From Chiloscyllium plagiosum (taxonomy: Eukaryota), in NCBI RefSeq assembly GCF_004010195.1, contig NC_057749.1, positions 25,472,669 through 25,536,668 of the forward strand: 64,000 bases of DNA. The letters run 5' to 3'. The notes under the pieces were generated by a model. It did not search any database. It saw nothing but the letters and a program-made list of their open reading frames with translations, and had not been told where the DNA came from. Both the position numbers and the translations under genes were made by a program. Below are positions 1-11,920 of the stretch, one piece after another. How positions within the stretch are numbered: the stretch's first letter is position 1; the number at the start of each line of letters is the position of its first letter.

Positions 1-249
1 AATAGTCTTGACAGCATTTGGAAGGCTTGATTTGAATAGGGAGTTATATTTAGCTCATCCTGAAAAGGACACAGAACTATTGTTTGAGCTGCAGTCAGTT
101 CACTCAGAGGTTTCCTTTAATTGTGAGATAATCAGACATCTACATCCTTACAAACGAATGTAGTATTTGTTAATATGCCAAATGTATATAAAATCACAAC
201 AATAAGATTAAAACTACATCATTTCCAATTCTTCCTGGAGAAACATTCC

Positions 250-828
250 GCGGCTGTACCGGCTGTACAGGACATTGGTTAGGCCACTGTTGGAATATTG
301 CATGCAATTCTGGTCTCCTTCCTATCGGATGAAACTTGAGTTCAGAAAAGATTTACAAGGATGTTGCCAGGGTTGGAGGATCTGAGCTACAGGGAGAGGC
401 TGAACAGGCTAGGGCTGTTTCCCTGGAGCGTCGGAGGCTGAGGGGTGACCTTATAAGAGGTTTACAAAATTATGAGGGGCATGGATAAGATAAATAGGCA
501 AAGTCTTTTCCCTGGGCTCGGGGAGTTCAGAACTAGAGGGCTTAGGTTGAGGGTGAGAGGGGAAAGATATAAAAGAGACCTAAGGGGCAACGTTTTCATG
601 CAGAGGGTGGTACGTGTATGGAATGAGCTGCCAGAGGATGTGGTGGAGGCTGGTACAATTGCAACATTTAAGAGGCATCTGGATGGGTATATGAATAGGA
701 AGGGTTTGGAGGGATATGGGCCGGGTGCTGGCAGGTGGGACTAGATTGGGTTGGGATATCTGGTCGGCATGGACGGGTTGGACCGAAGGGTCTGTTTCCA
801 TGCTGTACATCTCTATAACTCAATGACT
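250..828 (+). mobile_element. CR1 LINE 3' end
   Basis: LYRTLVRPLLEYCMQFWSP...RVVRVWNELPEDVV ORF2 C-terminus; CTCTAT(G/A)A tail. Confidence 0.9.
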
Positions 829-848
829 AAATGCTGGAAATCTGCAAC

Positions 849-1061
849 TGAAATAACTCCATGGAGGCTGATATCCTGTCACGAAGTTACCCTTTATTTC
901 CACGTGCACAGTACATGCACTCTGACCAGCCAGCTCATAGCCAGCCCCTAGAGTGAGGAACATCTCTGAGAACCCTGTTTATATCTGACAGTCTGGACTC
1001 CCTAATTGGACCAGGTTAGATCACTGAGATCCACCTGGATAGTCTCGTTCCAATCAGTACA
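849..1061 (-). mobile_element. Solo LTR, same family as 19092-19623
   Basis: Minus strand TGTACTGATTG...AATAAAGGGTAACTT...GGAGTTATTTCA; no clean TSD. Confidence 0.7.
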
Positions 1062-1149
1062 ACAAAATCAGAAAATGCTGGAAAAACTCAGCCAGTCTGT
1101 GGAGAAAGAGAAACAGAGTGAAGAAGGCTCACTGGATCTGAAACATTAA

Positions 1150-1470
1150 GATTAGATTAGATTAGGTAAGATTCCCTACAGTGTGAAAACAGGCCCTTCA
1201 CCCCAACCAGTCACACCGACCCTCCGAAGAGTAACCCACCATTTCCCTCTGATTAATACACCTAACATTATGGGCAATTTAGCAAGGCCAATTCACCTAA
1301 CCTGCACATCTTTGTGATTGTGGGAGGAAACCGGAGCACCCGGAGGAAACCCACACAGACACGGGGAGACTGTGCAAACTCCACACAGACAGTCACCCGA
1401 GGCTGGAATCGAACCCGGGTCCCTGGTGCTGTAAGGCAGCAGTGCTAACCACTGAGCCACCATGCCACCC
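1150..1470 (-). mobile_element. tRNA-derived V-SINE (HE1-like)
   Basis: A box TGGCTCAGTGG, B box GGTTCGATTCC, V-domain TGTGTGGAGTTTGCAC..CTCCCCGTGTCTG.GTGGGTTTCCTCCGGGTGCTCCGG, (TCTAA)n tail. Confidence 0.9.
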
Positions 1471-1775
1471 CCAACTCTGATTTCTCTCCATAGATGCTGC
1501 CAGATCTCCTGAATGTTTCCAGCAATTTCAAAAACAAAAGCAAACACAGATTAGAATTAAGATGTGGCGTCCAAAAATAGACACAATTTTTAAAAACGAT
1601 TCCTGAATCCGTCGCCATGAAGAACAGATGATGGGATGATGTGGCTATTAGGCTGACTTGGATGTTTGTGGGCAAGCTGTTGATTTTGAGATGTTTAGCT
1701 TTGCAAGTCAGCTGAAGTTATTTTCTCCTGTTTACTTTCAACTTTGGTTTCACTTGCTTTCTGGTTTTCAGCAAA

Positions 1776-2024
1776 GACATAGAGAGAGAAAGACAGAGAC
1801 AGAGACAGACAAGGAGAGAGAGAGACAGAGACAGAGAGAAAAAAACAGAGAAAAGCAGACAGATAGAGAAACAGAGAGAAAGAGAGAAAAACACAGAGAG
1901 ACAAACAGAGAGAAAGAGAGACAGAGAGAGAGAGAGAAAAACACAGAGAGACAAACAGAGAGAAAGGGAGAGACAGAGACAGGGAGAGAGACAGAGGGAT
2001 AGAGAGAGAAAGGCTGGAGAGAGA
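1776..2024 (+). repeat. Degenerate (GA)n/(GACA)n microsatellite
   Basis: Purine-rich simple repeat. Confidence 0.95.
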
Positions 2025-2290
2025 CTTCATTTCTTTCTATTGGCATGTATGGAATGAGCTTCCAGAGGAAGTGGTGGAGGCTGGTGCAATTACACCATTT
2101 GAAAGGCATCTGGGTGGGTATATGAATAGGAAGGACTTGGAGGGAGATAGGCCAAATGCTGACAAATGGGACTAGATTAGGTTAGGATATCTGCTCGGCA
2201 TGGAAAGTTGGACGGAAGGGTCTGTTTCCATGCTGTGCCGCTCTATGACTTATGGCTTGATTAGGGATTTTCTCAACTGTACTCCTCATA

Positions 2291-2521
2291 GGAGAAAGTG
2301 AGGACTGCAGATGCTGGAGATCAGAGTCAAGAGTATGATGCTGGAAAAGTGCAGCAGGTCAGGCATCATCCGAGGAGCAGAAAAACCGATGTTTCGGGCA
2401 AAAAACCCTTCATCCCGGAAGCCTCGTTCCGGATGAAGAGCTTTTGCCAAAACGTCAATTCTCCTGCTCCTCAGATGCTGTCTGGTCTGCTGTGCTTTTC
2501 CAGCACCATACTCTCGACTCT
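2291..2521. mobile_element. PLE-derived foldback (inverted-repeat) element, family A
   Basis: Arms gctggaaaag..cagcaggtcaggca / tgctg..tg..ctgctgtgcttttccagc, with degenerate hammerheads on both strands at the centre. Confidence 0.8.
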
Positions 2522-3190
2522 ATACTACTCATAGACACATCTCCATCCACTAGCACACACAGACCATGGTTGAAGCTGGTTTTTAACCCTTTTTGTTTCT
2601 TCTTCAATGGGAAAACTATACAAGTGCCTCTTGATCTGACTGTTGTCTTTTCCCTCATAATGTTAATAGTCTAAAATAACTCACGGAAATTACAGATCAG
2701 ATTGCAGATCTTTTTTCTCTGTGACGTCCTTCTCTTTGAAGCTTCCTTGACAACCAACGGGTTTGACATTGCATGATCTCCCTCAAGGCTAAGGAATAAC
2801 CTACCAGGCCTTCCAGACAGTTACTAAATTGTGTTTTTCAATCATTTATTGGCTGCACATCCTCATTTAAAATAAAACACACACGTGTTTTAATTAAAAC
2901 TTCAATATGTCTATTGGTGATTTGAGCTCTTCAACTGTAGTCAGGATACAAGCAAGGTCAGCTTTCTTTTCTGGTTTGACGTGAGGAGGCAGTGAACAGT
3001 CGATGTTTGTGGGCCATGTTGCTGTTTGAAAGGGATTTTGACACTGTAAAAGTTCTCTCTGACTGCTCTTCCTTTAGAGAGAGACAGATAGATCACTGGT
3101 GGTGGTTTAATCTGAAGGTTGCCACACTTCAGTTGAGGGGAGAGCTGGGGAGAGTTCCTCGTACTCACCTCAGCAAGTGCAGGGATTAAA

Positions 3191-3516
3191 CCTCAGCGTG
3201 GACATGAACTCCCTGCCTCAGCGTGGACTTGGACTCCCGGCCTCAGCGTGGACATGAATTCCCGGCCTCAGCGTGGACATGAACTCCCGGCCTCAGCGTG
3301 GACTTGGACTCCCGGCCTCAGCGTGGACTTGGACTCCCAGCCTCAGCGTGGACTCAAACTCTCGGCCTCAGTGTGGACTTGGACTCCCGGCCTCAGCGTG
3401 GACTCAAACTCTCGGCCTCAGTGTGGATTTGAGCACTTAGCCTCAGCGTAGACACGAACTCCCGGCCTCAGCGTAGACTCAAACTCCCGGCCTCAGTGTG
3501 GACCTGGATTCCCAGC
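3191..3516 (+). repeat. 25-bp minisatellite (CCTCAGCGTGGACTTGGACTCCCGG), 13 copies
   Basis: Directly visible period of 25. Confidence 0.95.
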
Positions 3517-3693
3517 GTATTCAACACTTGGGGTCTGTCACAAAGATGTGTTTCTGATTTCCCATATTTCTCATTCCTTCGTCCAAAAGGCGTGTCCTCT
3601 GCGAGAGCTTGCTCATGGACTTCTTCATATGGGGCATCGATATGGAAGGTGGGCTCTAGCAGAGTGGGCAGCTCTTTGTGGGGGTGTGATGTA

Positions 3694-3997
3694 GGGGTGG
3701 CATAGTGACAGAGTGGTTAGCACTGCTGCTTCACAGTGCCAGGGACCCAGGTTCGATTCCAGCCTTGGGCGACTGTCTGTGAGGAGTTTGTGCGTTCTCC
3801 TCGCGTCTGCGTGGGTTTCCTCCGGGTGCTCTGGTTTCCTCCCGCTATCCAAAGATGTGCAGTTTAGGTGGATTGGCCACGGTAAATTGCCCCATAGTGT
3901 CCAGGGTTGGTGGCTTAGCCATGGGAGAGACAGGGATGGGGTGGGTCAGTGTGGTCTCGATGAGCTGAATGGCCTGCTTCCACATTGCAGGGATTCT
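3694..3997 (+). mobile_element. V-SINE (HE1-like)
   Basis: Same A/B boxes and V-domain. Confidence 0.85.
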
Positions 3998-4654
3998 GTG
4001 TTTGCAAAGATCGGAAGCCAGGAGAGGTGTGTTGAGTTCATGAGCTGCATGACTCCACATTGTTTTGCAAATGTTCCTCTTCCTTTTGTTGTGGGCTGGT
4101 GATATTGTGCCAGTGTCACTAGACTAGTTATCAGCAAGGGTGCAGGCGAATACTCTGGAGTTGTAGGTTCACATCCCGCCAGGATACAAGAAAACATTCT
4201 AATTCAGACAGTTAGGGATGGGCAAGGAGTGCTGCCCTCTCTAGCAGTGCCCACATCCCATGGGAAAGACACTGAAAGCTAAAGGACACCCTACATCATG
4301 GGGAGGCCTGCAAGCCTAACACAGCGATGAGCTGACTCCATCTCAGTGTGTGGCAGGCGAGGAAGATGGGTGACATCAATCTGAACTTTGGCTCAACTGC
4401 TTTTAAGTCTAATGAGATAATCTATGGAGAAAGATGTGCAGGTTCGGTGGATTAGCCATGGTAAATGTGGAGTTATGGGGTTGGGGTGGGAGATGGTTCC
4501 AAATGGGATGCTTTTTAATGGGCTGAATAGCTTCTTTTTGCACTGTAAGGGTTCTATGATTCTATGAATAAAAAAAGGGGTGTTATTTTTGTATTATTAT
4601 GGGCAAGATTTGATGTTTCATTTATGTGTCTGGAACAAAGCCATTACTTGACAT

Positions 4655-5420
4655 AGACTCGCAGAGTCATACAGCAGGAAAAACAGACCCTTCGGTCCAA
4701 ATAGTCCATGCTGACTATAATCCCAAACTAAACAATTCCAGCCTGCCTGTGCTTGGCCCATATCCCTCCAAACATTTCTTATTGATGAACTTATTGAAAT
4801 GTCATTTAAATTGTGTAACTGTGCCTACATCCACCACTTCCTCAAAACGTTAATTCCACACACGAACCATTCCCCATATAAAAAAGTTGCTCCTTCTTTC
4901 TTTTCTAAATCTTTCTCCTCCCTCCTTAAAAATATACCCCTCGTCTTGAAATCTCCTACCTGAGGGAAAATTCATCTACCATTCATTTTATCAATGCCCC
5001 TCACAATTTTATAAACCTCTATAAGGTCACCCCTCAACCTTATTCACTCCAGTGAAAACAGTCCCAGCCTATCCAGCCTCTCCTTACAACTCAACCCTCC
5101 ATTCCTGGCAACACCCTAGTAAATCTCTTCTGAACCTTCTGATTTAATAATATCCTTCCTACAACAGGGAGAACAGAACTGGACACAGTATTCTGGAAGA
5201 GGCCTCACCAACATTCTGTACAACCTCAACATCACGCCTCAACTCCGATACTCAAAGGTCTGAGCAATGAAGGCAAGTATGCTAAACGCCTTCTTAACCA
5301 TCCTATCTGTGTGTGTGATGCAAACGTCAAAGAATTATGTACTGAACCCCTAGGTCTCTCTTATTCTGTAACACTACCCTAGATCCTACCATTAACTGTA
5401 TCAGTCCTGCCCTGTTTGTT
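4655..5420 (-). mobile_element. CR1 LINE 3' fragment
   Basis: Reverse complement of CR1 ORF2 C-terminus and tail. Confidence 0.8.
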
Positions 5421-5941
5421 TTATATTCACTACCTCTGGAATACAGTTATCCTGCCTTTGTGTTCAGTTTGTGGGAGGCACACAATGGGCAGAAGACAAG
5501 ACTCCCCAGTTCTGATGTAACTGGACTCATTAGTGTTACCCCACAATTATTGAATAGTTGGATAATGCACAATTGAGGAATTGTTGGAGGACAGAAGGAG
5601 GACAGTTAGCCCACCACATCTACAGATGACCAGCTCACTTCATGCTATTTACCTGCCTTCTCCCTGTAATCCAAAATAAAAACAACTTGATACCACTTTC
5701 TGGATGTCTCAGTTGAACCTGTGGCTCCCACACACTCAGACAGTGCACTGCAGTCCCTGACCACTCGCTGTGTTGTAGTTGCAGGAGCACAGGTCTAAGT
5801 GTGCAATGCTCAGATTACATCTCTTGTCAGTCGGTGCCCCTGTACAAATCAGAATACTTAAACCAGATTTGTTCACGTATTACTGTGAAAGATAAAAATG
5901 GAATTTGGTCTGAGCAGCAGAACAGGCTCCAAGGAGTGAAC

Positions 5942-6116
5942 AGTGCTGGAAAAGCTCAGCAGGTCAGGAGACTCTCCTCTCCAAGGAGCAGGAGAGTCAA
6001 CGTTTCGGGCAAAAGCCCTTCATCAGGAATGGGGCCTCGGACGCTGCCTGACCTGTCATGCTTTTCCAGCATCACACTCTTGACTCTGATCGCCAGCATC
6101 TGCAGTCCTCACTTTT
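5942..6116. mobile_element. PLE-derived foldback element, family A
   Basis: Same inverted arms as 2291-2521. Confidence 0.75.
5995..6030 (-). ncRNA. Minimal hammerhead ribozyme motif (hairpin-element family A)
   Basis: Minus strand ATTC-CTGATGA-A-GGGC-TTTT-GCCC-GAA-ACGT-T-GACT. Confidence 0.7.
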
Positions 6117-6961
6117 TCCAAGGAGTGAACAGCTTACTCTTGCTGCTATTATCAAACAAAACAAATAAAAACCTGGAAGTTACTGTGTTATCACTTTTAC
6201 TATAAATAGCGAGTGAGGCTCAAGGTTGATGGACTCTCCTTAATCTATATCTTTCTATTTTTTTCTTATTCGTAAGCTATTCAAAATGACACCCGATCAT
6301 GATAACAGTGGGAAAGCTTTTCACTGTTTTTCTCAGTGTAAAATACATGTGACAGTAAAATCATTCATTCAAAATATTTAACCAGATAGCAGGAGCTCTT
6401 GTGGTGCAGTGGCAGTGTCCCTGCCTTTCAGCCAGGAGGCCTAAGTTCAAGCCCTACTTGCTCCAGTGATGTACCATAGCACCTATGACCAGGTTGACTT
6501 TTCTTTTCCAAGGCAGACACCTTGGATTGTTGAAATGTTAACACGGCTTATCTCACATTATCTGATACAGTTATCACGTAGATAGTGAAGATGATGATAG
6601 AGTCATGGAGTCATAGAGATGTACAGCACGGAAACAGACCCTTCGGTCCATGCTGACTAGATATCCCAACCTAATCTAGTCCCACCTGCCAGCGCCTGGC
6701 CCATATCCCTCCAAATCCTTCCTATTCATATACCCATCCAGATGCCTTTTAAATATTGCAATTGTACTAGCCTTCAGGAAGTTAAACAAGCTCAAGGTTG
6801 TGGACAGAAATCCCAGCCCGCAATCCCCCCACCTTGGCTCCCAACCCAAACACAATGGCCCCAGCCCCATCTCAAGTACTGTACGTGACCTCTTGGGGAC
6901 TAGGTTATTCGCATTGATAAACCACCGTTGCCCTGGGTTCTGCCCATACTACAGAAAGTCA

Positions 6962-7350
6962 GGTGCTAATTGAAACTCACAGAATACTGAACGGCCTGGA
7001 CAGTGTGGATGTTGGGAAGGTGTTTCCATTAGTAGGAGAGACGAGGACCCGACGGCACAGCCTTAGAGCAAAGGGAAGACCTTTTAGAATGGAGATAGGG
7101 AGAAACGTTCTTCAGCCAGAGAGTGGGGAATCTATGGAATTCACTGCCACCAAAGGCTGTGGAGGGCATGTCGTTGAGTATATTAAAAACTGAGATAGAT
7201 AGGTTCTTGAGTATCAAGGGGATTAAGGGTTACAGCAAGAAAGCAGGAGAGTGTGGTTGAGAAACGTATCAGATATGATTGAATGGTAGAGCAGACTTGA
7301 TGGGCTGAATGGTCTAATTTCTGCTCCTATGTCTTATGGTCTTATGGTCT
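6962..7350 (+). mobile_element. CR1 LINE 3' fragment (second subfamily, cttatggt tail)
   Basis: LIETHRILNGLDSVDVGKVFPLVGETRTRRHSLR. Confidence 0.8.
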
Positions 7351-7447
7351 TACTTATGGCACAGTGGTAGTGTCCCTACCTCTTAACCAGGGATTCCAGG
7401 ATCAAGACCCATACACTCCAGAGGTTGTGATAACATCTCTGACCTTC

Positions 7448-7479
<32 letters not shown>

Positions 7480-8969
7480 GTAGCACGGTGGCTCAATGTT
7501 TAGCACTGCTGCCTTATAGCACCAGAGACTCCGGTTCAATTCCACCTTTGGGTGACAATCTGTGTGGAGTTTGCACGTTCTCTGTGTGTCTGTGTGGGTT
7601 TCCTCCCGCAGTCCAAAGATGTACAGGTTAGCCATGGGAAACGCAGCGTTACAGGGATAGGTTAGGGGGGTGGGTGTGAGTGGGATGCTCTTTGGAGAGT
7701 CGATGTGTGGACTCGTTGGGCCAAATGATTTGCTTCCACACTGTAGGAATTCAGTGATATTGAAGTCCAATATGGACAGTTTGCAAAAGACCAGGTGAAG
7801 ATTGATGGACAAGAAATTCAGGTTTGTAACATGGAGGTCATTGGAAATAAAGAGGCTGTCTTTGGAACTGCTATAGCATCCTTGGTTGGATGTGGCTCGA
7901 GAGATGGAAGATAACTTGTCATAGGTACAAATACTGAGAGCTCACAACAGGAAATGTTAGAGTATATTTAGCTGGCAGTGTAATTGCTAAAAAATGCAAT
8001 GTATATATCCGTGGGAGGTGAAGAATGGCAAGGTTAACTCCTAACCTTAGTCACCGGGATAAATGTGTGAAAGCTGATGTTTAACAGGCAATCAGGGAGA
8101 TATATGTAAATGTATGGCCGAACCTAAGACCAGAAGATTTGCCATGTTAGATCGGAAGGCAATGAGAAAGGAATTCCATTCCAAATTGGAGGAAAGAATG
8201 TTAATTGGATAGTTTGACCACTTAGCCGGCACAGGCTTGGTGGGCCAAATGGTCTCTTCCTGAGCTACTTTAGAATGATTCTATGATTAGATCAAAACAC
8301 ACATTTAAGATTGATATCCAGAAGTTCTTAATTGCAGATACAGTGATCAAAAACTTGATTGGACATCCAATACATGAGTAGGATTAATTCATCAAAGAAC
8401 CAATTGCATGTTGCAGCAGGAGCACTTTTTTGATGGATATTCATGGGATGTAGACATTGCTGACAAGGCCAACATTTGGGGAGGGGCTGGTGAGCCACAT
8501 TGTTGACCTGTTGTGGCCTATCTCATCAAGGTGCTCCGACAGTGCTGTTAATGGGAAAGTACCAGGATGTTAGCTCACGGTCAGTGAAGGAACCACAACA
8601 TATTTCTGGGTTAGGATGGTCATATGGTCATTTGTGGCACAGAAGGAGGCCATTTAGCCCATCAAGTCTATTCTGCCTCCTCGTAGAGCGATCAAGAGGT
8701 GTGCGAGTTTGAAGTCTCAAGATGCATTGGAAAGATAGCTTCGAATTTTGAGGAATGTGTTGAGAGTTGATTGACAAGAATGACCTAACCATTGGGATAA
8801 TCATAGAATCCCTACACTGTGGAAACAGGCCCTTCAACCCAACAAGTCCACACCGACTCATTCCCCTGCCCAATTACGCTACATTTACCTCTGGCACATC
8901 CCTGATCACTATGGGCAACATAGCATGGCCAATCCACCCTAACCTGCACGTCTTTGGATTGTTTGTAGC

Positions 8970-10030
8970 AAACTGTCAAGCTTTCAGGACAATACCATAC
9001 AACCTTGTCACGGTAGACACGACTTAACCAACGTTATCTATCTCATATGCTCCAGGCAGGATGCCCTGAGGCATGGTACATTGGCGAGACCAAGCAGAGG
9101 CTACGGCAATGGATGAATGGAAACCGTACAACAATCAACGGACAGGAATGTTCCCTCCCAGTCAGGGAACACTTCAGCGGTCTGGGGCATTCGACCTCTG
9201 ACCTTCGGGTGAATGTCCTCCAAGGCAGACTTCAGAACAGGCAACAACGCAAAGTGGCCGGCCGAACTGAGGCTCTTGTCAAGTTCGGTACCTAAGGGGA
9301 TGGCCTCAACCGGGACCTTGGGTTCATGTCACACTACAGGTGACCCCATTGCACTATACACACACACACACACAAAGACACACACACACACTCCTTCAAT
9401 GCAGACCCTCTCTCATACACTCACACATACACTCCCACACACATCATCTCTGACTTATACCTCTTTACACTCACACTCTCACACATACACATAATCCCTC
9501 ACAGACACTCATAATTCCCCCACCACACACACACACTCTCACACAAGTACACATATAAGTTTGTGGGGGTGAATTTGTACTTGCAGAATTACATTTTATT
9601 TTGCTCAAATGCTGCATGAATCCATGGAAGATTCTGTAAATCCATTTTTTAGATTAGAATCAGTCTACCATTGTGGCACAGACATCCTCACAGAGAGAAG
9701 TTCACACTTTCATTGCATTATCTGGGTCGACATGACACCAATTATTAAAGTTCACTTGAGAATGTAACTTTTAAAAAACATTTTACAATTTACTTGTGTA
9801 AGAACTGAAACCAACATGGTCATTCTAAAAGATGAGAGACTTGACAAACAATCCAGGTCTTTTTCAATATATAATTTCAGTTACATCACACTGTAAACTT
9901 TTGCTATAAATTCTGTGTCTTATGATCTTATACTCCACAACCACCTGATGAAGGAGCAGTGCTCCGAAAGCTAGTGCTTCAAAATAAACCTGTTGGACTA
10001 TAACCTGGTGTTGTGTGATTTTTAACTTTT
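8970..10030 (+). mobile_element. Penelope-like element 3' part (GIY-YIG endonuclease remnant, CA microsatellite, 3' terminal repeat with hammerhead)
   Basis: Translation CPEAWYIGETKQRLRQWMNGNR...PVREHF fits a PLE GIY-YIG domain; inserted into a V-SINE. Confidence 0.85.
9939..9979 (+). ncRNA. Minimal type-I hammerhead ribozyme motif at the 3' end of a Penelope-like element
   Basis: AACCAC-CTGATGA-A-GGAGC-AGT-GCTCC-GAA-AGCT-A-GTGCTT: intact core, 5-bp stem II, palindromic stem III AGCT, stem I 5 of 6 paired. Confidence 0.8.
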
Positions 10031-10899
10031 CATCTTTGAACTGTTGGAGGAAACTGGAGCACCCGGAGGAAACCTAGGCAGAATGTGCAAACTCCACCCA
10101 GACAGTCGCCTAAGGATGGGATCGAACCCAGGTCCCTGGCGCTGTGAGACAGCAGTGCTCGACCTCCCTAGCTGTTTGTTTCTATGAGCATGTAGGGACA
10201 ATACTAACGATTCTATTGATTTAGTCCTTTTGAACTAATAAATAGGTATGAAGTGAGACGATCAATTATCTTCAGTTGATAAACCACAGTTCAGAAATGA
10301 CAGTCCAGAGAAAAACTGACCAAAACCTGTGAACTGGCTCAAATGCATTTGAAAGGTGCTCAACAATGAAAACTAGGGCAGATAGCAAGTCCAAAGTTTG
10401 AAAGGTTGTTGATGGAGTGTTAATGTAGTTACCTCTCTCTGATGAACCATTAAAAGTGGGTTTGACTGGAATGTATTAAATCAAGACTTATCAAATACAT
10501 GAATAGGAAAGGTTTGGAGGGACATGGACCAGGAGTAGGCAAACTAGTTTAGTTTGGGATTATGGTTGGCATGAACTGGTTGGACTCAAAATGAAACTCA
10601 ATCAAGTAAATTATGTTGTGAGTACCCCAAGCAGAAGAGAGAGCGAAAGTGCCATGTTATAAAACTGTACTGACAGTGATGACAGACAGAAAGAAAGGGC
10701 ACTTATTGACCACAGTAAGGCGTGAGCTAGAAATATCAGATCAAATGGAGAATGAATCAGAAACTGAAAGTTGACCATCCAATAAACGGATTGGAAAACA
10801 CAGAGGTGCTTAAAAGATTAGATAGCATTATGTTTTACATTGGCTTTAGGTAGACTTACAGAATTATAAATCAGTTTGTGAGGATAGGCTGGAGAAATA

Positions 10900-11920
10900 G
10901 TTTTGACTTTACATGATGGTAATGTGGGGGAGGTAACATCATTAACTATCTCTATCCAATGAGATTCAGCTCACCGTGGATAATGGACAATGACATTATG
11001 GAATGGAATCATTCAAACTGGGATTAACCTATTGTAACAGGGCAGAAACCGCATGACTCACCAAGATTTAGTACTGATTATGACAATGCCTACACAGAAA
11101 CAAAAGTGAACTTCTATTCGATTCGAAGACTGAAGGACGGCATTGATTGAATTGGACATGCATAATTAGTCACAAAAATCAACATGCTAAAAAGATCTGT
11201 TGATTGATAGAGATGGAGAAATATTGGTTTTTGTAAGACTGGATGGGCCTTGGCAGTGGAAAGTCATGCTGTTTGGAACGAACAATATCTCAATGATTAA
11301 CCAAGAAAATCATTGAAGGACTCTGTAACTGTTGCTTAGATTGATGATTTGATTGGTTTTGACGAAACCTGGGAAGAGCATTTACAACATTTGACTCAAA
11401 TGGCTGCTAAAAGTCAACTTGGTTTTCAATCTGGCCAAGAGTGAATTAGTCAATACAAAGATGATTTATTTGGACCACACTGTGGAACATGAACCTGGAG
11501 AAGTACAAATACTAGCTACACTGGATCTTCCATGCTTATGGTGAAACATGAAATACCGTATTATGTCACGATGACTGGATCCTATTGCAAGTTTATTCTG
11601 AACTATAGCACTGTTGCTGTTGCACCTTCAATTAATTTGTTGAATACAGGCAGAAAATTGAGAATGGGCAAAAGAATGTAAAAGTGCCTTTCAAAATGTG
11701 AAACTTGTGCTGATAACATAGTCTTGCGTGTTATGTGAGGCCATTCCATCTGCCTCTTGATGCCAGTGATTTTGCCGTGGAGCTGCTTCACTGCATGATG
11801 ATGAGATGGGGGTCAAATGGCCAATCATTTATTTTCAACAAAACACATCAGAAAAATAAATCTAGAGTGGAAAAGCACACAGTGAACCTTGGGGTGGCTC
11901 TACATCATTTTGAGTAAATG
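10900..11920 (+). mobile_element. Highly decayed Gypsy-type LTR retrotransposon pol remnant
   Basis: Frameshifted RT/RNase H motifs: IDDL, TWEEHLQHL, LAKSE, YLDH, RPFHLPLDASDFAV. Confidence 0.6.

Noticed and set aside
152..234. Minus-strand AG/GT-bounded 83-nt candidate exon
   Set aside because: All three frames contain stops, so it is not an intact coding exon.
1658..2109. ERER/SLSL ORFs
   Set aside because: (GA)n microsatellite artefacts.
3191..3516. CRISPR-like regular repeat
   Set aside because: Head-to-tail units without unique spacers, in a eukaryotic context with no cas genes.
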